Assembly: GCA_963847445.1 (NCBI GenBank)
Contig: CAWJZV010000014.1
Span: forward strand, 160,001-224,000
DNA: 64,000 bases
DNA from: an uncultured delta proteobacterium
GTDB lineage: Bacteria; Desulfobacterota; Binatia; UBA9968
Direction of reading: 5' to 3'
The position numbers and the translations under genes are program-made. Below, one piece after another: positions 31,294 through 44,552 of this stretch. How positions within the stretch are numbered: position 1 is the first letter of the stretch; each line of letters starts with the position of its first letter. Under the pieces are notes generated by a model that was not told the DNA's origin, did no database searches, and worked only from the letters and a program-made list of their open reading frames with translations.

Positions 31294-31467
31294 CGATCCC
31301 GCGAACCAAGCCCTGAAGCATACCACGTCCCCGATATGGGTTGCTCTGGAGTTCACTGTCTCGCGGCGCAGCCAACGACCAAGCTCACCAGCTATGTATT
31401 CAACGTTAATTAGCCTCTCCGTTCCAAGTTGAATTCCCCCCCACCCTGTGCAAATCTTTGATTCCTC

Positions 31468-32854
31468 ATGGCCGACCAAACCGCGACTTTACTGCGCGAG
31501 CTTCCATCCATCGATCGCCTGCTCAATCATGCGCGCTGCGCCGCGCTGCTCACTCGTTACAACCGCGATTACGTGACGCAGAAGTGCCGCGCGGCTTTGG
31601 ATCAGCTGCGCGCGAATATCCGCCAAGGCAAAGGCCAACTCCTCAATGACGACGCCATCCTCGATCAAGTCGAGGCGCAGATCGAACTGGAAAGCCGCCC
31701 CGGCCATATCCGCGTCGTCAACGCCACCGGGACGATCCTGCACACCAACTTGGGCCGCGCCCTGCTGTCGCAAGCGGCCATCGATGCGATGGTCGCGGTG
31801 GCCGGCAAGCCGATCAATCTGGAATACGATCTCGCCGCCGGCAAGCGCGGCAAGCGCGAAGAGACTCTGGAGCAACTGTTGGTCGATCTCACCGGCGCCG
31901 AAGCGGCGACCGTGGTCAACAACAACGCCGCCGCGGTGCTGTTGGGGCTGAATTCGCTGGCCCAGGGCAAAGAAGTGATCGTCTCGCGCGGCGAGCTGAT
32001 CGAGATCGGCGGCGCATTTAGAATTCCCGAGATCATGGCCAAGAGCGGCGCGATCCTGCGCGAAGTCGGCGCGACCAATCGCACCCATCCGGCGGATTAC
32101 GAAAACGCCATCAACGAAAACACCGCCCTGCTGCTCAAAGTCCACACCAGCAACTACAAAGTCGTCGGCTTCACCGCCGAAGTGACTCTGGAACAAATGG
32201 TCGCCATCGGCAAGAAACACAATCTGCCGGTGATGGAAGATCTCGGCAGCGGCGCGCTGATCGACTTGAGCAAGTACGGCCTGGCCAAAGAGCCGCTGGT
32301 CGGCGAAAGAATCGCCGCCGGCGCCGATGTCGTGACCTTCAGCGGCGATAAAATTCTCGGCGGCCCGCAAGCGGGCTTGATGGTCGGCAAAAAAGAACTG
32401 ATCGGCAAGATGAACAAAAATCATCTGCAACGCGCCCTGCGCTGCGGCAAGCTGACTCTGGCCGCTCTCGAAGCGACCCTGCGCCGCTACCGCCAGTCGC
32501 CCAACATCGTCGAAGAAATTCCCACCCTGCGCGCCTTCACCCGCTCCGTCGACGAAGTCCGCGCCATGGGCCAGTCAGTCATGCCGAAACTCGAAACCGC
32601 CCTCGGCAACGACTTTCAACTGTCACTGCAAGACTCGACATCGCAAATCGGCAGCGGCGCACTGCCGACGGAAGAACTGCCGACGGTGGTCATCACCGTC
32701 GCGCACCCGAAACGCAGCGCCAACGCCATCGCCAAGACAATTTAGACAAGCCGATCCGCCAATCATCGGCCGCATCCAGGACGACAAATTCCTCCTAGAC
32801 CTAAGAACAATCTTCGACGCCAAAGACCTAGTCCCCGAATTCCGCTCCGAATAA
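31468..32854 (+). CDS. selA: L-seryl-tRNA(Sec) selenium transferase (frameshift ~32735)
   Basis: NATGTILHTNLGRA, SRGELIEIGGAFRIP and FSGDKILGGPQAG. Confidence 0.97.
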
Positions 32855-32893
32855 TTTGGAATATTGCAATTTGTCAATTATCAAATTAACCCC

Positions 32894-34826
32894 ATGCCCT
32901 ACATCATCGGCACCGCCGGCCATATCGACCACGGCAAGACCAGCCTGATCAAAGCCCTCACCGGCACCGACACCGACCGGTTAAAGGAAGAAAAAGAGCG
33001 CGGCATCTCCATCGATTTGGGCTTCGCCCATCTCGATCTGCCGGACGGGACTTCGGCGGGCGTCGTCGACGTGCCGGGTCACGAGCGTTTCATCAAAAAC
33101 ATGCTCGCCGGCGCCCATGGCATCGATCTCGTTCTATTCACCGTCGCGGCCGATGACGGCGTCATGCCACAGACCGAAGAACATCTCGACATCGTCCATC
33201 TGCTCGGCATCAAGATGGCGATCTTCGTCATCACCAAGGCCGATCTGGCGCCCGACGCGCATCGCCGATGTCGAAGAAGAGATCGACATCCTGACCCTCG
33301 GCACGATTCTCGAAAACTCGCCCAAGATCGCGGTTTCATCCGTGACCGGCCAAGGCCTCGACGAACTAAAGCAACTGATTTCCACGACATTGAAATCCGC
33401 CAATCACGCCGCGCCCATCCGGCTACTTTCGCCTGCCGGTGGACCGGGCTTTTGTCCTGCAAGGCCATGGCGTCGTCGTCACCGGCACGTCGCTCTCCGG
33501 CGAGATCAAAGTCGGCGAGCAGGTGCGCTGCTTGCCCGGCGACAACCTGTTTCGCGTGCGCAGCCTGCAAGTGCATGGCCAATCCGTCGAACGCGCCGGC
33601 TGGGGCCAGCGCGTCGCGATGAATTTGACCGGACCGGAGCGCGCCTCCATCGAGCGCGGCCAGGTCATCTGCCACGAGAAACTGGCGCTTACTTCGGAAC
33701 GCTTCGACGCCTTTTTGGAAGTCCGTCCCGCGGCGGCGAAGGGCATCAAAAATCATCAGCGCCTGCGCATCCACATGGGCGCGGCCGAACGCCTGGGCAA
33801 GATCGTCTCTGCTCGGCGACAAAGCGAAAGCCGAGCCGAAGGAGTCGGTCTATTGCCAGATCACTCTGGACGAACCGCTGCTGGTGATGCGCGGCGACCG
33901 ATTCGTCGCCCGCGACGAAACCGCCCAACGCACCCTCGGCGGCGGCACGATCATCCACCCCTGGTCCACACGGCACAAACGCGGCGAAGCGAACCTGCTG
34001 GAACGGCTCAAAGCGCTCCACACCGGCGACTTCGCACAATTGATGGAAAGCTTCTTGAACGAAAGTAGCGACTTTGCGCTGGCCATCGACGCCATCCATC
34101 AGTTCCTGAACCTGCGAGGAACCCGACGCGCGGCAAAAAGTCGACGCTTTGAAGTCCCTGCGCGCGCTCAACGCAGAGGGCGAAAAAGTTTACACGACTG
34201 ACGTGAAATGGAACCGGCTGAAAGAGCGGCTGCTCAAGACGCTCAAAGAATTCCACACCGCCCACCCCTTGATCCCCGGCATGGACATGGAGGAGCTGCG
34301 CGGCAAGCTCGGCTACCAACTTTCGCCGAAAATCTTTCGCGTTGTGGTCGACCTGTTTATCAATGACAAACTGATCGCCAAGGAAGAAAACCTCTTGCGC
34401 TTGGCGAGCCACCGCGTCCAGCTCGGCGGCCAAGAAAAAATCTTGATGGACAAGATCAAGAAAATTCTCGGCGACCAGCCCCTAGCGCCGCCCGACTTGA
34501 AGGAAATCGAAAAACAGGTCGGCGTGCCGCGAAATCGTTTGAGCGAAGTGATCCGCCTGCTCGAACGGGAAGGCTCGGTGATACGCATCACCACCGACAT
34601 GTATTTCCTCGCTTCGAGCATCGAGCAACTGCGCGGGACCCTGGTGCAATTCTTAAGCGAAAAGGGCGAGATGAACGCCGCGGCGTTTCGCGATCTGATC
34701 GGCTCCAGCCGCAAGTACACGATTCCGTTGTTGGAATACTTCGACCGCGCTGGGCTGACGATTCGCATCGGCGACATTCGCAAGCTCAAAGTGCCTCTCG
34801 CCGCGGCAAAAACTCCGGCTCGTTGA
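32894..34826 (+). CDS. selB: Selenocysteine-specific elongation factor (several frameshifts)
   Basis: [19 protein letters not shown] and C-terminal [13 protein letters not shown] winged helix. Confidence 0.97.
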
Positions 34827-34851
34827 AATCACTCAACATTCGATCTAGAGT
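34823..34851 (+). promoter_or_regulatory. Internal sigma70 promoter for selD (possibly leaderless transcript)
   Basis: TTGAAA-N17-TAGAGT, ending 8 nt before ATG 34860; no SD sequence. Confidence 0.45.
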
Positions 34852-34859
34852 TGCTACGT

Positions 34860-35916
34860 ATGATGCTAGGGAAAAAGAAAGCCGTGCGCTTGACGCAAGA
34901 GGTCAAAAGCGCGGGTTGAGCTGCGAAGCTCGGTCCGGGCGACCTTGCGCAAGTACTACACGACTTACCGAAGTTCAACGATCCCAACATGCTGGTCGGC
35001 ACCGAGACCGCCGACGACGCCGGGGTGTACCGTCTGCGCCCAGACCTGGCGATCGTCAACACGGTGGACTTCTTTCCCCCCGTCGTCGACGACCCCTATT
35101 TGTTCGGCCAGATTTCCGCGACCAACTCGCTGAGCGATGTCTACGCCATGGGCGGCGATCCCAAGACCTGCATGAACATCGTCTGCTTTCCCAAGGGTAA
35201 GATGGACATCTCCATCCTCGGCGAGATCTTGAAAGGCGGCGCCGACAAGGTCAAAGAGGCCGGCGCAGTGATCATCGGCGGCCACAGCATCATCGACGAC
35301 GAGATCAAGTACGGCATGTCGGTCACCGGCGTGGTTCACCCGGACAAGATTTTCCGCAACGTCGGCGTTCAGGAAGGCGACGTGTTGATCCTGACCAAGC
35401 CGCTCGGCACCGGCATCATCACCACCGCCCTCAAGCGCGGCAAGGCTTCCGCCGAAAGCGTCGCGGAAGCGGTGACTTCGATGACCACCCTCAACGCCGA
35501 CGCCTCCTTTGTCGCACGCAAACATAAGGTCCACGCGGTTTCCGATGTCACCGGCTTCGGCGTCCTGGGCCACGCCCAAGAGATGGCCAGCGGCAGCGGC
35601 GTCACGTTGATACTCGAATCGGCGAAACTGCCGCTGCTCAAGGGCGCGGTGCGGCTCGCCGAAAAGGGCTATATCACCGGCGGTTGTAAACGCAATAAAG
35701 ATTATCTCGACGACAAGATGGTCATCGAGAAAACATGTCAGCGAAGGTTTGGCCGAAGTCGCCCTCGACCCGCAAACCTCCGGCGGCTTGCTCATCGCCA
35801 TCGGCAAGCAACATGCCGCCAAACTCGTCGACGACCTGCACGCCGCCGGCGTCACGGCCGCCTGCGCCATCGGTTACGCCACGTCGCAGCAAAAGCCCTG
35901 GGTGCGCTTGGTTTGA
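34860..35916 (+). CDS. selD: Selenide, water dikinase; selenoprotein with Sec at TGA 34917-34919 (frameshift ~35735)
   Basis: RLTQEVKSAG-U-AAKLGPGDL is in frame with DDAGVY, TVDFFPP, NSLSDVYAMGG and DVTGFG; DPQTSGGLL follows the indel. Confidence 0.97.
34920..34952 (+). promoter_or_regulatory. Bacterial SECIS element
   Basis: Hairpin right after UGA: TGCGAAG-CTC-GGTCC-GGGCGAC-CTTGCGCA. Confidence 0.7.
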
Positions 35917-36075
35917 TAGCTGCGGCGGCCCGAGTCCGTCATTAGCAATAGTCAATCCGTTGGAAAGGCGTTCAATCGCGTGCGGTCATTGCCGCACGCT
36001 CAGCGACAGTGTAACCGCGGAAAGCTTATCGAACGAGTAAATTCACCAAGCATCTGGTAAACTGCGAATACCATC

Positions 36076-38183
36076 ATGTTTGCGCCCAACGCCCTCGCCC
36101 GTCTCGCGCGGCTTTATAACATCCAGTCCAGTTATCGTGACGGCCTTGGGCAGCTGCGCCAAGCGTCAACGGATGCGATCCTCCAGGTATTGCGGGCGCT
36201 CGGCGCGCCGTTACAACGGTTTGACGATGCCGACGATGCCTGGCGCCAGCGCCGCCAAGCATTGTGGCAACGCGTCATCGAGCCAGTGATCGTGGTTTGG
36301 CAAAACCAACCGGCTATACTCAAGATTCGCGTTCTCACGCAACTCGCAGAAACCCGGATAAGTTATCGAATTCTTCTTGACAGCGGCGCGACAGTCGAAG
36401 GCAATCTGCGAGAAGATCCCGCCACGAAGTCCGTCGCGCGCGAAGTCGAAGGGTCACGCTATGTCACGCGCCGCCTGATTGGCCCAGCGCCACTCCCGCT
36501 TGGCTACCATCGGCTGTATTTGCGCATCGGCGAGGTAGAAGTCGATAGTTATCTGTTTTGCGCCCCGCCCCAAGCGTACACGCCGACCGAAACTAAAAAG
36601 CGCTGGGGACTCTTCTGTCCGCTCTACGCGCTCCATTCCGAACAAGTCTGGGGTGCAGGTAATTTTTCCGATCTCAGCCGGCTGGTCGAATTCACCGCCA
36701 GCCTCGGCGGTCACGCCGTCGCCACTCTGCCCATGCTCGCGAACTTTTTGGACGAGCCGTTCAATCCGAGTCCCTACGCTCCGGTGAGCCGGCTATTTTG
36801 GAATGAGTTCTATCTCGACATCGAGCGCATTGCCGAGCTGCAAGATTGCGCCGAAGCGAAGACCCTCCTAACAACCTCCAGCTTGATCACCGACTTGGAG
36901 CAGTGGCGAGCCGCGCCGCTGGTCCAGTATCGCCAAGTTATGGCGCGCAAACGTGAGATCCTAACTGCCTTGCTGCGCGCATTACTGCAAAGTTCGGCGC
37001 AGCGGCGCGACGATTTTGAAAATTTCATCGCCAGCCATCCGGTAGCGCAAGACTACGCCGAGTTTCGCGCCAAGACTGAGCGCGAACAGAAAATCTGGAT
37101 TGACTGGCCCATGGACAGCCGTGAAGGTAAATTGCACGCGCTCCGACTTCGACGACTTCGCCAAGCTCTATCATCTCTATGTCCAATGGCAGTGCGCCGA
37201 ACAAATCGCCGCGGTCAGCGCCAACGCGCGCCGCGGCAGCGCGGCGCTCTATCTAGACTTTCCACTCGGCGTCAACCGCGATGGTTACGATGTTTGGCGC
37301 GAGCGAAGCCTCTTCGCCCTCGGCATGAACGGCGGCGCGCCCCCGGATGGATTGTTTATCAGAGGGCAGAACTGGGGCTTTCCACCGCTCCATCCCGAAG
37401 CGATCCGCCAGCAGGGGTACCGTTACTACATCGATTGCCTGCGCCATCATATGGGTTCGGCCGGCATGCTGCGTATCGATCATGTGATGGGAATGCATCG
37501 CGTCTTTTGGGTGCCCGATGGTTTTAGCGCCACCGACGGCGTCTACGTGCACTATCGCGCGCCGGAGTTTTACGCGATTTTGAATTTCGAGTCGCACCGC
37601 CATCGAGTCCAGATCGTTGGTGAAAATCTCGGCACGGTTCCCGACGCCGTCACCGCAGCCATGGCGCAGCGAAAATTCCTCGGCATGCATGTCGGCCAGT
37701 TCGGCGTCAACGCCGATCCCAACCACGCACTGGACGCGGTTCCCGCCAATGTCGTTGCGAGTCTGAACACCCACGACACCGCGACCTTCATGGGTTTCTG
37801 GCAGGAGAAAGACATCGACGACAGCGTCGACTTGAACCTTCTCGACAGCGATCAAGCCGACACCCAGCGCCGCTACCGCGCCACCCAGCGCGACGCACTC
37901 GTCGCTTACCTGCGCGCCCACGACTACATCGGCGCGGATAACTCGGCAGCGGCCGTGCTGCGCGGCTGGCTGATTTTTCTTGCCGGGCAGCCAACCGAGT
38001 TCATATTGCTTAACTTAGAAGACCTCTGGCTCGAACCGGCGCCGCAAAATGTCCCTGGCACCTGGCAGGAGCGGCCCAACTGGCAACGCAAGGCTCAGTA
38101 CTCTATCGAAGAGTTGCGTGGCCTTGCGTCGATCAATGACGCTTTTAACGACAATCAGCGACATCCGTGCCCGGATGGTTTAG
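36076..38183 (+). CDS. malQ: 4-alpha-glucanotransferase (GH77), frameshifted
   Basis: [34 protein letters not shown] and NTHD. Confidence 0.95.
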
Positions 38184-38193
38184 AATATTACTC

Positions 38194-38870
38194 ATGTCCG
38201 AAGTGCGCCCGTTCAGCCTGCTGACAGCCCATGACAGCTACCTTTTCAATCAAGGCAGCCATTTTCGCCTCTACGATAAACTAGGCGCCAGAGTTGTCAC
38301 TGTGGGCCGGACCAGCGGCAGCTATTTCGCAGTCTGGGCGCCTAACGCCGAACCAGTTTCGGTGGCCTCCATGCTCTATCTGGATTACGGCCGTAAAAAC
38401 GGCGAACGGATTCCCAACCGGCACGGCGGCCGGGAGAATCTCGAGACGATCGAACTTTTACGCCGTTTAAATCATGTGATCTACGAAAACTCTGGGTGCG
38501 CGACTTGAATCAACTCTACCGTAAAGAGCCGGCGCAGCACGAGCGTCGACTGCGAGCCCGCCGGTTTCGATGGATCGATTGCGACGACGCCGAGAGCAGC
38601 GTGGTGAGCATGCTGCGCAAAGGCAAATCGACCGCGAACTGCCTGGCGCTGCGATTTCACTCCCGTGCGCAATGGTTCACGCCTCGGCGTGCCGCGCGAC
38701 GGTTTCTGGCGTGAGGCCTTGAACAGCGACGCCGTGGATTATAACAGCAGCGGCGATCGGCAATCGTGGCGGGCTCGAGCGCCGAACCGCTGGCGCACCA
38801 TGGCCGGCCGTTTTCTTTGGTGCTGATCTTGCCGCCGTTGTCAGTGTCATTTTTCGTCAATAAGCCATAA
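38194..38870 (+). pseudogene. glgB: Glycogen branching enzyme remnant with two large internal deletions
   Basis: [11 protein letters not shown] joins directly to [15 protein letters not shown], then jumps to [14 protein letters not shown]; about 680 bp versus about 1.9-2.2 kb normally. Confidence 0.85.
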
Positions 38871-38887
38871 CTCAGCGCTTGCTCACG

Positions 38888-40330
38888 ATGAAGATCGCCA
38901 TGATCGCTTCCGAGGCCAACCCGTTCGCCAAGACCGGCGGCTTGGCCGATGTCCTGGGCAGCGCTGTCCTTGGCGCTGGAGCGGTTCGGCCATCAGGTCC
39001 TATTGATCCTCCCGGCTTACCGTGGCACTCCGGGCGGCGAATTTTCGCTGCAAGACACCGGCATGACTTTCACCGTACCGGTGTCCGATCGTCAGGAATC
39101 CGCATCGGTGCTTCAAACCACCATCGGCAATTCAGTCACCGTCTACCTCATTCGCGCCGATAAGTATTTCGACCGCGAGTTTCTCTACGGCACACCGACC
39201 CAAGACTATCCCGACAACGCCGAGCGGTTTGTCTTCTTTTGCCGCGCGGCGTTGGAAATCCTCGGCGCCCAGCCGGTCGACATCGTCCACGCCCATGACT
39301 GGCAAGCCGCCTTGGCCATCGTGTTTTTGAAGACCCAAGCGGCGCGGTACCACGCCACCGCCGGCGCGAAGACCGTATGCACCATCCACAACTTGGCTTT
39401 CCAAGGCAATTTGGGCAGCCCGACTGGCATTTATTGAATCTCGACAGCGGATTTTTCACGCCGCAGTTCTTGGAGTTTTACGGCAACATTAATTTCCTCA
39501 AGGGCGCGCTGGTTATGGCCGATAAAATAACCACTGTGAGCCCAACCTATGCCCAGGAGATCATGACTCTGGAGCAGGGATTCGGCCTCGAAGGCCTGCT
39601 GCGCCAGCGCGCTGACGATCTCGTGGGGATCTTGAATGGCGTCGACTATGGCCAGTGGAATCCCTGGACCGATCCATTGATCTCCCATCGCTACGACGAG
39701 AACAGTTTAACTGATCAAACGCAACTGCAAGACAGTCGCTGCGCCAACAGCTCGGCCTGCCGGATCAAGCCAATACGCCCATCGTCGCGATGATCTCGCG
39801 GCTGACCGCGCAAAAAGGCTTCGATCTGGTGCAAAAGATTTTCCCGACCTGATGCAACGCGACATTCAATTCGTCTTGCTCGGCAGCGGCGAACCGCGCT
39901 ATGAAGCGTTTTTTCGCGGCGCCGCGGCGAGCTACGCCAATCGCGTCGCCGTGCGCATCGGCTTCGACGAGCGGCTGGCGCATCAGATCGAGGCCGGCGC
40001 CGATCTATTCTTGATGCCGTCGCTCTACGAGCCCTGCGGCTTGAATCAAATGTACAGTTTGAAATACGCCACGCTCGCCGATCGTCCGGGCCGTCGGCGG
40101 GCTGAAAGATTCCGTGCAGGACTACGATCCTCAGAGCCACAGCGGCAACGGATTCGTTTTTACCGATTACGATGGCGACGCCATGCTCGCCGCCATCGAT
40201 CGCGGTTTATCCGCCTACAGCGATAAAAAAGCTTGGACCGCGCTGCAGCGTCGCGCCATGGCAATGGATTTTTCCTGGCGAGCGCTCGGCGCAACTTTAC
40301 AGCGATTTATATAAAACTCTATTGCCGTAA
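38888..40330 (+). CDS. glgA: Glycogen synthase (multiple frameshifts)
   Basis: [23 protein letters not shown] and [12 protein letters not shown]. Confidence 0.95.
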
Positions 40331-40351
40331 CAACAGGATGGAGCGAGAGAG

Positions 40352-41606
40352 ATGTTGTACGTACTAGGTGTGGTCATGGCGGGCGGGCGCGGCGAGCGGC
40401 TCTACCCCTTGACCCAGCATCGGGCCAAGCCGGCGGTTCCCTTCGGCGGCCGTTATCGGATTATCGATTTCGTGCTGTCGAACTTCATCAATTCGGGCAT
40501 TCTATCGATTTACGTGGTCACCCAATTCAAGGCCCAGTCGCTCTTGGAACATCTCGACCGCGGCTGGCGGGCAACAGATTTTTTGGGCGAACATTTTATC
40601 ACGCCGGTGCCGGCGCAGATGCGCTCGGGCGACGACTGGTACCAGGGCACCGCCGATTCGGTGTATCAGAATCTCTACTTGCTCGAACGGCACAAGCCGA
40701 CGCTCGGTGGCGGTGTTCGGCGCCGACCACATTTACCGGATGAACGTCCGGCAAATGATCGACGCGCATAAAAACAAGTCTGCCGAAGTCACGGTCGCAG
40801 CGATTCCGGTGAAGATCGAAGAAGCCTCGCAGTTCGGCGTTATCGAGATCGATGCCGATTGGCGGATTGTCGGTTTCGAAGAAAAACCCAAAGAGCCCAA
40901 GTCGATTCCCGGCGAGCCCGGCTTCGCCTTGGTGTCCATGGGTAATTATCTTTTTAACAATGAAGTGTTGATCGAGGCCTTGAAAGCCGACGCCGCCAAT
41001 CCGGCGAGCAATCATGATTTCGGCCGCGATCTCTTGCCGGATTTCGTCACTGCCGGCCGTATGTTCGCCTATGATTTTCGCCAAAACCGCGTGCCAAGCC
41101 CGTCCAAGGGCGAAGAACCGAGCTACTGGCGCGACCTCGGCACCATCGAAGCCTACTACGACGCCAGCATGGACCTATGCTCCATCGATCCGTCGTTCAA
41201 TTTATATAACCGCAGCTGGCCGCTGCGCACCGTCGGCTACGCCGATCCGCCGGCGAAGTTCGTCTTCGATTGGCGCCGACCGCCAAGGCATGGCGGTCAA
41301 TTCGGTGGTCGCCGAGGGCACGATCATCAGCGGCAGCGATGTCCGCAACTGCATTGTCGGGCGCAACGTGCGCATTCATAGCTACAGCCATATCGAAAAC
41401 TCGGTGATCATGGATTGGGTGGAGATCGGCAGGCAACTGCCGGATCCGCAACGCCATCATCGACAAGGCCAACGTGATTCCCATCCGGCACGGAGATCGG
41501 CTACGACCTGGATAAAGACCGCGAGCGCTACTTTGTCTCGCCCACCGGTATCGTCGTGCTCGGCCGCGGGCCGCGCAAAACCACCTGGGTCATGGCCAAT
41601 TCCTAA
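40352..41606 (+). CDS. glgC: Glucose-1-phosphate adenylyltransferase (frameshifts)
   Basis: [32 protein letters not shown] and YWRDLGT. Confidence 0.95.
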
Positions 41607-41659
41607 GCGCAGTCCGCGGCAAGTTGCCGATAGGGCACGTCGAGAATATCAATCGAATC

Positions 41660-44086
41660 ATGGAACGCTACATTTGCATACACGGCCATTTCTACCAGCC
41701 ACCGCGGGAAAACCCCTGGCTCGAAGCCATCGAGCTGCAAGACTCGGCGTACCCCTACCATGACTGGAACGAGCGCATCACCGCGGAGTGCTATGCGCCG
41801 AACTCAGTGGCGCGCATCGTCGATGGCGACAATCGCATCATCAAACTGATCAACAATTACGCGCGCATCAGTTTCAACTTCGGCCCGACCTTATTGTCCT
41901 GGCTCGAGGCCAAGGCGCCGGAAGTGTATGGCGCGATCCTCGACGCCGACCGCGATAGCCAGCAGCGCTTCTCCGGCCATGGCTCGGCGCTGGCGCAAGT
42001 TTACAATCATGCGATCATGCCGCTCGCCAACAGCCGGGACCGCAAGACGCAGATCCGCTGGGGCATCGGCGATTTCACCAAGCGCTTTCAGCGCGCGCCG
42101 GAAGGCATGTGGCTGGCGGAGACCGCCGTCGATGTCGAAACCTTGGAGTTGCTGGCCGAACAGGATATCCGGTTTGTCGTTCTAGCGCCGCACCAGGCCG
42201 CTCGCGTGCGTTCCATCGGCGCGCGCCAGTGGCAACAAATCACTGGCGACGCCATCGATCCGAGCCGCGCCTACCGGCAGCTGCTGCCCTCCGGGCGCGC
42301 CATCGGGCTATTTTTCTACGACAGTCCGATCGCCCGCGCGGTCGCCTTCGAAGGCGTGCTATCCCACGGCGAACGTTTCGTCGACAAACTCATGGGCGGT
42401 TTTGCCGATGGCCGCGATTGGCCGCAGCTGGTCCATATCGCCACCGATGGCGAGAGTTATGGCCATCATCATCGGTTTGGCGACATGGCGCTGGCCTACG
42501 CCCTGGACCAGATCGAAACCAAACAGCTGGCGCGCTTGACCAACTACGGTGAGTTTCTCGAAAAACATCCGCCCACCCACGAAGTCGAGATCGTCGAAAA
42601 AACTTCCTGGAGTTGCGCCCACGGCATCGACCGCTGGTGGAGCGATTGCGGCTGCAACTCCGGCGCGCATCCTGATTGGCGTCAACAGTGGCGCACGCCG
42701 CTGCGCAACGCCCTCGACAGCCTGCGCGATGCGGTCACGCCGCTGTGGCAGCAGCAAGCCACGGATTATTTCAAAAATATTTGGTTTGCCCGGGATACGT
42801 ATATCGAAGTGATCCTCGATCGCTCGGCACGATCTATAGAGAACGATTTCTCGCCCGCCACGCCGCCCGGCCGTTGACGCGACGATGAGAAAATCACCGC
42901 GCTCAAGTTGCTCGAACTACAGCGGCAACTGTTGCTCATGTACACCAGCTGCGGCTGGTTTTTCGACGACATCTCGGGCATCGAGACCGTCCAGGTCATC
43001 CAGTTCGCCGGCCGCGCCGTCCAGTTAGCTCAAGAACTTTTTGGCGACTCGCTGGAAGAGCGCTTCATCGAGCGGCTTGGCGCTGCGCACAGCAACCTGC
43101 CTGATCAGGGCGACGGCAAACAGATCTACGACCAACGCGTCCGGCCCGCGCGTGTCGACTGGGAGCGGGTCGGCGCTCATTATGCCGTCAGTTCGCTGTT
43201 CGAAAGCATACCGGAGCAGACAAAAATTTATTGCTACCGCGCCGAGCGAAAGAACCTTCAGACCTATGTCGCCGGCAACGCCAAGCTGGCGGTTGGTGAA
43301 GTCGAACTGACCTCGGAAATCACCGGCGAAACCACCTGTCTGAGTTTCGGCGCGCTGCACTTGGGCGATCACAACGTCAACGGCGGCGTGCGCCCATCCC
43401 TTGGCGACAACGTCGAGAGTTATCTCGCCCGCGAGCTCGCCGAGCCCTTCATGCGCGGTGATTTCGCCGACAGTCCTGCGTCTGATGGATCGCCGCTTCG
43501 GCGAGTCGAACTACTCGCTGCGCTCGCTGTTCCACGACGAGCAGCGCAAACTGATCGGCCAGATCTTGCAGTCCGCCCTAGGCGAAACCGAGTCGCTCTA
43601 CCGGCAAATCTACGACCACCGCGCCCCGCTCATGCGCTTTTTACATAGCTTGAACTTGCCGCAACCGAGCGCGCTGCGCGGGCCAGCGGAATCGGTCATC
43701 AACAGCGACCTGCGCCGCCAATTGGAGCAGGATGAGATCGACATCGACCAGTTGAAACAGTTACTCGCCGCGGCGACCGCCGAGGGCATCGCGCTCGACA
43801 GCGCGACGTTGGAATTCACCTACCGGAAAAACCTCGAACGAAACGCGGAAATTTTCGCCAGCCAACCGTCACTCACCGGCCTGCAGAGCTTGAACCGAGC
43901 CGCCACGGCGATCGCCATGCTGCCATTCACGGTCAATTTGTGGAAAGTGCAAAATCTGCTGTACCGGTTCAGCCAGCACTTCAATTCCGACAATCCACAG
44001 GCCAGCCATGGCGCACCGACGATCGCGACCGATGGGATACCTGCCTGAGAGAGCTCGGCGAAAAACTCGCCGTCAAGGTCTTCTAA
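41660..44086 (+). CDS. GH57 glycoside hydrolase with DUF3536 (frameshifts)
   Basis: HGHFYQPPRENPW, GMWLAET, ATDGESYGHH, SWSCAHG and MYTSCGWFFD. Confidence 0.9.
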
Positions 44087-44134
44087 CCGGCTAGGGCTAG
44101 CGCAGCTCCGCCGCGATGAAATAGCGGTAGCGTC

Positions 44135-44250
44135 GTCATTTCGAAGGTCGAGAAAAATCCGTTTTAGATCTTCGCTGCCCTCGATATCACGAGCCTCGGC
44201 CCGTCACTTTGTGAGCTTGGCGTCGTTAGCGCGAGGAATATCCGAATCTA
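44135..44250. repeat. Degenerate REP / tandem-repeat composite
   Basis: GTCATTTCGA..TCGATATCAC followed by CTTTGTGAGCTTGGCGTCGTTAGCGCGAG. Confidence 0.45.
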
Positions 44251-44552
44251 GACGTTTCTGGTCGCAGAAAGTGCGGCGTTACTCCGGACAGATTACTAGG
44301 AGCATGGGACACTCGACTCATTAGGCATTGATGTTGAGTTTGCCAATACCGTCTTGCGGTTCGCCGAAATTCTCGTCAAGACGATAAGGCAAATGATGAA
44401 AATGGCGCGGCAGGAACTCTTGCCAGCACCGTTTGCGGGATGGAACGTGGTGGCACTGCGGAGTGCTTGATTGAGTTGATTATTTCGCGCGTCGGCAGAT
44501 CGTCCGGCGCCGCACCGGCTCAGGCACGGTCGCGGTGGCAACTCTGGCGGCG

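Noticed and set aside
29880-31467. tRNA-Sec (selC) expected next to selA
   Set aside because: No UCA anticodon arm or T-arm/CCA pattern was found by eye on either strand.
39840-39860. TGA in glgA as a second Sec codon
   Set aside because: It results from an indel (the true frame reads ..CCC GAC CTG ATG CAA); no Cys-equivalent position and no SECIS.
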